NCBI RefSeq assembly: GCF_003704095.1
Contig: NW_020846775.1
Span: forward strand, 310,001-374,000
Length of the DNA: 64,000 bases
DNA from: Pocillopora damicornis
Lineage: Eukaryota
Direction of reading: 5' to 3'
Below are positions 57,702 to 64,000 of the stretch, piece by piece. The position numbers and the translations under genes are program-made. Below the pieces are notes generated by a model. That model was not told the origin of the DNA. It searched no databases and saw only the letters and a program-made list of their open reading frames with translations. Within the stretch, counting starts at the first letter, position 1. Every line of letters begins with the position of its first letter.

Positions 57702-58970
57702 TGTCACTTAAGTTACATTCACACTGGAGATCAGGACAAGCAAGAAAATCACAGGATAGTAATTATTTCATTTAATAGTTCCTTAACTCTAGCTTGGCGT
57801 ATTGTTTACCTTAAAACAGTACAACTCCAAAAATATATTTGGTCTTCATAGATTTCTGAGTTTGACAATAAGAAAGTAAAAAAAGTTGAAATGTTGCAAA
57901 AAAAAATATAGGTTAAATATGACTTTCATAGTATCCTCACCCCAACAAAACAACATTTCCTTCAACAAAATTTGCATTGTAACGTCTTCCCATAATATCA
58001 ATAAATTATCCAGCAAACAGGTGGTGAGAATACTCTAAGTCATCAACTATCCACAAATTCTCATACCTAATTTAAAAAGAGATGTGGAGCAACTAGAAGG
58101 GAGAATTAACCATCAGATCTTTGGAGTTGAAGGCCTGAAGGTAACAACACTTTCCTCCTGTGCTAGACATTCTAAAGCAGGCCAATGTACTGCCATAAAA
58201 TGATGTAATAAGATACTTGTTATAATAAACATTTTGTTCCAAATAATCACTCAATTCAAAATTCATATATTACTTTTGGTCACCCTTGTCTTATCAAAAC
58301 TTTTTGTATCACAGACACTGAACCATACCCAGTCACACGTCTGCATTAACACCTTGTGGTACAGCTGAAGCTTGCTGCGCAAACAGCTAAAAGGAATGGG
58401 AAATGAAAGGCACTGTTTGAGGAACCTGAGAGTCTAGGATCACAGTAAATGAATTTAAAATGTTTTATGGTATTAGTGTGAGTTTTTGGTAAATTTAAGG
58501 GGATTGATTTCCTAACTGAATGCTATTGGGGACCTTTAACAAGAATTTCAGCACTTTTAAGTAATAACTGAATAGATATTCACCCTCTTAAATTTAGGTG
58601 GAGGCAAATATTAGTGGCTTCCTCTAATTATTTAAAGAATTTTGTCCTTTTCAGGCAGTCAAAACCGTTTACTACAATTTCTGTTGGCAGATTCTTTGAC
58701 AAAATAGAAAGTTAAAAAATAAACAAGTCTGTTCTGTCTTTAATTATGAGAAAAAGCTGTTTGTCCATGTAGCACAGTAGTCTTGCCAAGAGCTGGTGGT
58801 GTCTGGGTTTCCTGTACACAACAAGTGCACTATCCTGGGGAGACAGCCTTGCATGTATACTCTTATCCACTCTGAGTACAGCAGAACCATTGTCATACAC
58901 GTGAAGTAGTAAGAACATTACATAGATTGACACTAAAAGCATAAATCACAGCCTCCACTTCTCCCAAACC

Positions 58971-61900
58971 TTAAAAAACCATTGTACTACTTGTCCTGTG
59001 CATTGAAATAGAAGAAGCATGAAGTGGATTTGTAGCTATAATTTTGACAGGTAGATCCCATGACATAGTTTCAGCCTGAATATCAGAGGGGCCCTGCCAC
59101 GAGGCATTGTCTGTAAAAGGAGTTGTTTGCTGAACAGGACTATCTCCTCCAGGTAATGGTGACAGAGCTATTGTAAACTCAAAATGAAGTCTCCATTTCA
59201 AACAAACTGTGAAAAAATGAGAACAATATCTCATCAAACTTAATAGCCGGGCTGTGTGGTTCTAAATTTACTTTGCACTTAAAATTATTTTTAAGAAAAA
59301 ATCAGAGGACATGGCACATTAGGTAACAAGTAAGTGCAACAAGTCTTTGAAACAGATAATGCTTTTTCCTTCCATACCAACCTGCCCTAGTGCATTTTCT
59401 TGATTCCATGAGACACAAACTCAAACATTTGTATTTATGGAACTGTTCAGGAGACTAACATCAGTATGCACATTCTCCATACTGTTATCTATATATTAAA
59501 TACTGAAATATCTGTCTTACCTAAATCTGAGACGAATTCTGGACAAGCAGTGTAAGGTATAGGTAAAACTAGATGAGTCTTTTTAGTGTGCAAACAATTT
59601 TCTTGAACAGAAGTGAAAGAAGAGTATGTCACATCTGAAGATTGCTTTGAAGGATTGCGTGAATTCTCAGGAATGTGTTCTTCACTTTGCAGGACAACTG
59701 AAAACTAGATTAAGAAAAAAAAAACAGTACTTGGTTAAGTGTAAATAATACAAACAGCTAAAATTTCTAAGATTTACCAAAACTACATGTACACAACTCC
59801 TTAAAAACTGCAAGCAGACCTACAAATTCTCTACATAATTTCATTTACTTTCAACAAACTTGAAAGCCACTTAAGACTAGGTAAAAATAACAGTTGAAAT
59901 ATCATCAGGTTGGATGTTTCCTGCTGATAAAATTTGGCTGCTGAATGCAATTTCAAGTTGAGTGTAACTAAAGTAATCCACAGTAACAAGGCTATCTAAA
60001 GCAATAAACTGTGATTGGTTTTAAAACTCACACTGTATATTTTCCTCTGTAAAACATAAACCAAATGCAAGTATATTATGTTTTCCCATATTTTGGGAAG
60101 TTTGCCTGTTGCTACATTGAGTTCATTATGGCTTCTTTCACTTAGTTCTGTCTGATGGGCCATTTTTAACTCTTTCTTTAATTTTTGTTCAACAATATTA
60201 CATCAAAATATGCTCATCAGGAGTTTTAGGAGTGGTTTTAATCAAAGATTCTCTAGAGATGGCCTCCTCAAAGGGGATTAACTGCAGAAATTATTTTAAA
60301 TTCAAAAGCTTTTTTAAAAAACTATTGAATTAACAGAGTTTTAAAATGCACCACTATTGGAAAATCAAGTCATATATACGCCTTAATTACCTTGAGACAA
60401 AGAATGAGAGATTCTGAAAAGTCAAAAGATCCTACGATTTCTTCACCTATGCGATATGCTGACTTAAAGAGACAAAACTTTCCTATAGATCCTCTGCCAC
60501 TGACAATGTTATATACATCTGTTGAAAAAAAAACAAAAAAGCAAAGTTCAAGAACTAAGTTCTACTCAGTCATTTAGAACTACCATCCAAGACTCCCTGT
60601 CAAGTTAAACTCATGTTATTAGATTTCACAAAAAAATTGGATTGGAGTAAGTTAATACAAATTACCCATAGATCAAATTGTAACTTTACTTATTTGATTT
60701 GGGGCACAACCTTGAATGAGCACCCACCCTGTTGGTGAGAAAAGCCAGCACCAAAAAACTAAAGTACACCAGGGGAGTATAGATCATTTTTTATTTACTG
60801 GCTTACAATCTTGAAATTTACCATGTAGGGTACATCTTCACATTTTATTATTAATTGTTTTGTTGCAAATTAAATTAACTACTCACTGAAAAGGGTAAAA
60901 ATTTGAATAACCATGCAGCCTTGAATAAGCACCTTCCTCAAGGTCCAAACATTGAAAAAATAATGTAACTAACCCTTTAAACCATAGGATTGGGCATTGG
61001 TATGTACATTTTCAATACTGTTCTCAATGCGCTTCTCATGGCACTGACATGGAGAATTTGTTGAACAATCGAGAGGTTTTCTGGTAGGTGATCATTCTCC
61101 TTATTCTCATGGCCTTATAATGTTTGATTCAACAGCAATATGTTTAGGAGAAATAAGATGCAAATCCTTGCAAAAGATTTGAATCTTTCTGAATACCAAA
61201 CAGTGGGGTAATGATCAAACTATTAAGCGGATGATTAGAGATTAATCGTCATTTGTCTTATTCATATTTCAATCATGTATAAACAGTGGTTCTGTACTTA
61301 CGTGAATTTCTTTTAGAGGTGACTATAGTTAAAATGTCCACTGCTAAATCTAATAAAGATGTTTCTGGATTCGAATCATCTAAAAATGGATTATGAGAAT
61401 TTTCTTGCTTGCATAAAAATTGTTCAATCCTACCCAGTCCTGTTAAAAAAGAAATTAGAGGAACATATTTAAAAAATTAAGGAGCTAAGTTCTCTACTCT
61501 TTAGGAGAAGTTTGTAGGTTCTTTAACATCCCTTGCTAAGTATGATTCCGAGAAGATGCAAGAGACATGACATGCGGTTTATTGTCCTTATCCAAGAAGA
61601 CTAGACAAGGCGTGACATTTTTTTTTTCTGATAGCCACTTGGCTCCTAAATTCTTCAAAGTGGTAGCCAATTCAAACAAAATTGGTTGCCATTTTCAAAG
61701 ACAAACAAAACCTTTTTTTTTATGCTGTCATTGATCTAGAAATTAAGTCAGGGAAAAGATCTTTAAAGTGCTACAAAGTGGACACTAGGATGGATGATAT
61801 GCAACGTTCAAGCTCACCTAAATCCAAGATGACATCTAGTTATTGATCGAGATGCATGTGCTACGTTTTGGAAACAAACTTAACGAGGAAGTTTGCCGCG

Positions 61901-64000
61901 GATTTATCTTTGCAAATCTCTTTAATTCCCTATATCTCTAAGTAAGGTTATGATGAAACATTCTAGTCACCAATTTGCCGACTAATTTTCAGGATTTGGT
62001 TGCCAAAGTAAAAAATGTAGTCACATTGGCGCCTGTATTAGGCGCAATTTCACGCCCTGCTAGAATGTTTAACCATTTGCCCATGTTATATGGCAGGCAG
62101 TACCATCTTCTCAACTGTTTTAAAACCCTAAATGTTGGTTGGATCTGGAGCTTGAAACCTTGACCTCCCATATGGCAATGCAGCGCTCTACAATATTAGT
62201 GAACCAAACTTGTGCTTTCATCTTGTGTGAAAATTGTAAATTTGAGGTCAATAGTGGAAATATTGAAAACTTGTATTTTAACTCATGTATTGAAAGCATA
62301 GGAAAAGCAGGTTACGTTCAGTTATTTAGCAGAAAAATATGATCAGAAAGAAATAAAAATAAACTTTTGGCAAAACCTTTCCTCTCTTTATTTTACAACA
62401 AGAGATCTCTACATCAGTTTGCCATTATAGAGGATTGCCTATATTCATCACACTCTCACCTTGTAAAGACAATATTCTAACAGGCAATTTTAAAAGTTTG
62501 GAATGTCCTTGAACTCTACTGGTGCCAACAGTGATCTTGTAAGAATATTTCACTGTATGTCCTTTATATGAGGGCACTCCATCAAACGGAATTGTGTCAC
62601 TATAAAAATCTGAAACAGTCAAGATATCATGTATTCAGTGATATAATATTAAGGTTTCGTGATCAAAATGAAGAAAAAAAAAAAAAGGCATTACCCCTTC
62701 AAATAGCATGACCTTGGAATTCAAAATGCATCATGCAAAATATGTAATGCAATGCTGCTAATCATTTCATGTTTAGGGCCTGTTAGGAAACTTTACTATT
62801 AACCATTAGCTTACTCAAACTCAATTACAAAAAAAAAATCCCTGCTGACTGGAATTTCCCCCTCTCTGATTTGCAATCTGACTTTTGTATTTTTATAGAA
62901 GCCAAGGAAGCTATCAACTAATAAAGTAACAACAAGTGAAAAGTCTGTCATCAAGTGAATAATGGTATGTTGGACTAAAATTTAACTCTCTTTACTCAGG
63001 AATCATTGAAATGACAGATAAAGCAGACTAAGCTTACTCTATATTCCGAGACAATAATACATTGCAGTCATACCAGTATCAGTATTAGCTAAATTAGTTT
63101 ATTAGTATCATAAACCTTCGGGGCATAATATGATTTCATTACAGTACTAGAGTCCCACACACAGTCAGTGATCTTGTTTCACGAAAAGATGATTGAAAGT
63201 CGGAGAATAATACTCAGATAAAATTTCTTCCAAGTTGAAGTCAATCTGTAGAAATTCTTCACTGTAAATATGCAGTCTCGGCGGACAACTCTAAACAAAT
63301 TTTAACTTCGATTGATCCCAAAATTCAAACACAGTAGCCTTAAAAGAGAGAACAACTACGATTTAATTATGTGCAGAAGGTAGATATCTTTTATATAATT
63401 ACTTTCGATAGGGAACCAATTCATGGATGAACGAACGATACCGTAAACAAGCACTTTCAAGTAATGAAATAAGATAAGCTTTTCCTTTGTTTTACAAAAC
63501 AAAAAGGTCCGCCAGAACGTACAAGGAACAAAGCAATACCAAGAAATTCGAACGAATCGTGGGTTAGGAATCGCTCAGGAGTTTAAGAAATGGATATTAC
63601 CAACACATTTGCAATACAACTTGCTGACTTTTCAAATTATCATTCACGCAATCCCAAAACTACTTCACTTCACAGGTAAAAGTAAACTTACAATTTCTAG
63701 ATTCTCCAGGAGCAAGCTCCAGATCACAAAACAATATCTTCGGTTGCGTAGACAATAAACAGCGACCTTGTTCTCCTGCGACAGACATTTAAAAAACAAA
63801 ACACGACATCACGATCAATAATTCACCATTTTCCGATCGATAATAGTATACCAGCAAAATCCAACCATAAATCATACATGCACCAAAGAAGCGTTTGTGC
63901 TCTAACCTCTTGAGGGAACGAAGCTTGTACAAGATGCATTTGCATCCGAAGAAATTTGGTTTAGAGTTCGATCCATTCTTGAATTCGTAGTTGGAAGAAC
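58971..64000 (-). CDS. RGP1: RAB6A-GEF complex partner protein 2 (RGP1 homolog), 3' portion; the 5' end lies beyond the window
   Basis: Exons (approximate) >64000-63907, 63775-63691, 62608-62460, 61439-61302, 60518-60391, 59705-59520, 59207-58971. Motifs [75 protein letters not shown]. Confidence 0.9.
61480..62208 (-). mobile_element. Degenerate tRNA-derived SINE, split by the hAT5-like element
   Basis: Reverse-strand tRNA-like head at ~62205-62140 (GTAGAGCGCTG..GGGAGGTCAAGGTTTCAAGCTCC); the body is continuous across the CTAGA TSD. Confidence 0.55.
61606..62059. mobile_element. Non-autonomous hAT5-like element (454 bp, 5-bp TSD CTAGA)
   Basis: CAAGGCGTGACATT..AATTTCACGCCCTG with CTAGA at 61601-05 and 62060-64; about 125 bp longer than the 37610 copy. 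Confidence 0.8.

Overview
Eukaryotic, intron-rich, AT-rich animal DNA from a gappy draft assembly (10-N and 100-N spacers in the first 4.5 kb). Gene content and repeat families point to a cnidarian, probably a scleractinian coral (inference). From left to right: (1) a gap-riddled, partly duplicated minus-strand gene joining a Ulp1/SENP-type (C48) protease domain to spliced exons with a Mutator-transposase-type N-terminal Cys motif, with 20-bp repeats upstream; (2) two tandem intronless 569-aa BTB-BACK-Kelch paralogs; (3) SFR1 (-) head-to-head with a C3orf38 homolog (+); (4) a RIT1-like Ras GTPase (+); (5) an 18-exon membrane-anchored PCSK5 (PC5/6B)-like convertase (-); (6) IDH3A (-); (7) an intronless histone H3.3 (-); (8) the 3' part of RGP1 (-). 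Introns and spacers hold many MITEs, SINE-like repeats, a solo LTR, hAT5-like elements with 5-bp TSDs and a Penelope-type fragment with a minimal hammerhead ribozyme, and several of these are nested. The best leads are the Ulp1-MULE-type gene, the hammerhead, a tRNA-containing repeat with terminal direct repeats, the diverging Kelch pair, and two candidate small-ORF transcription units. All exon coordinates were read by eye and no database searches were run.
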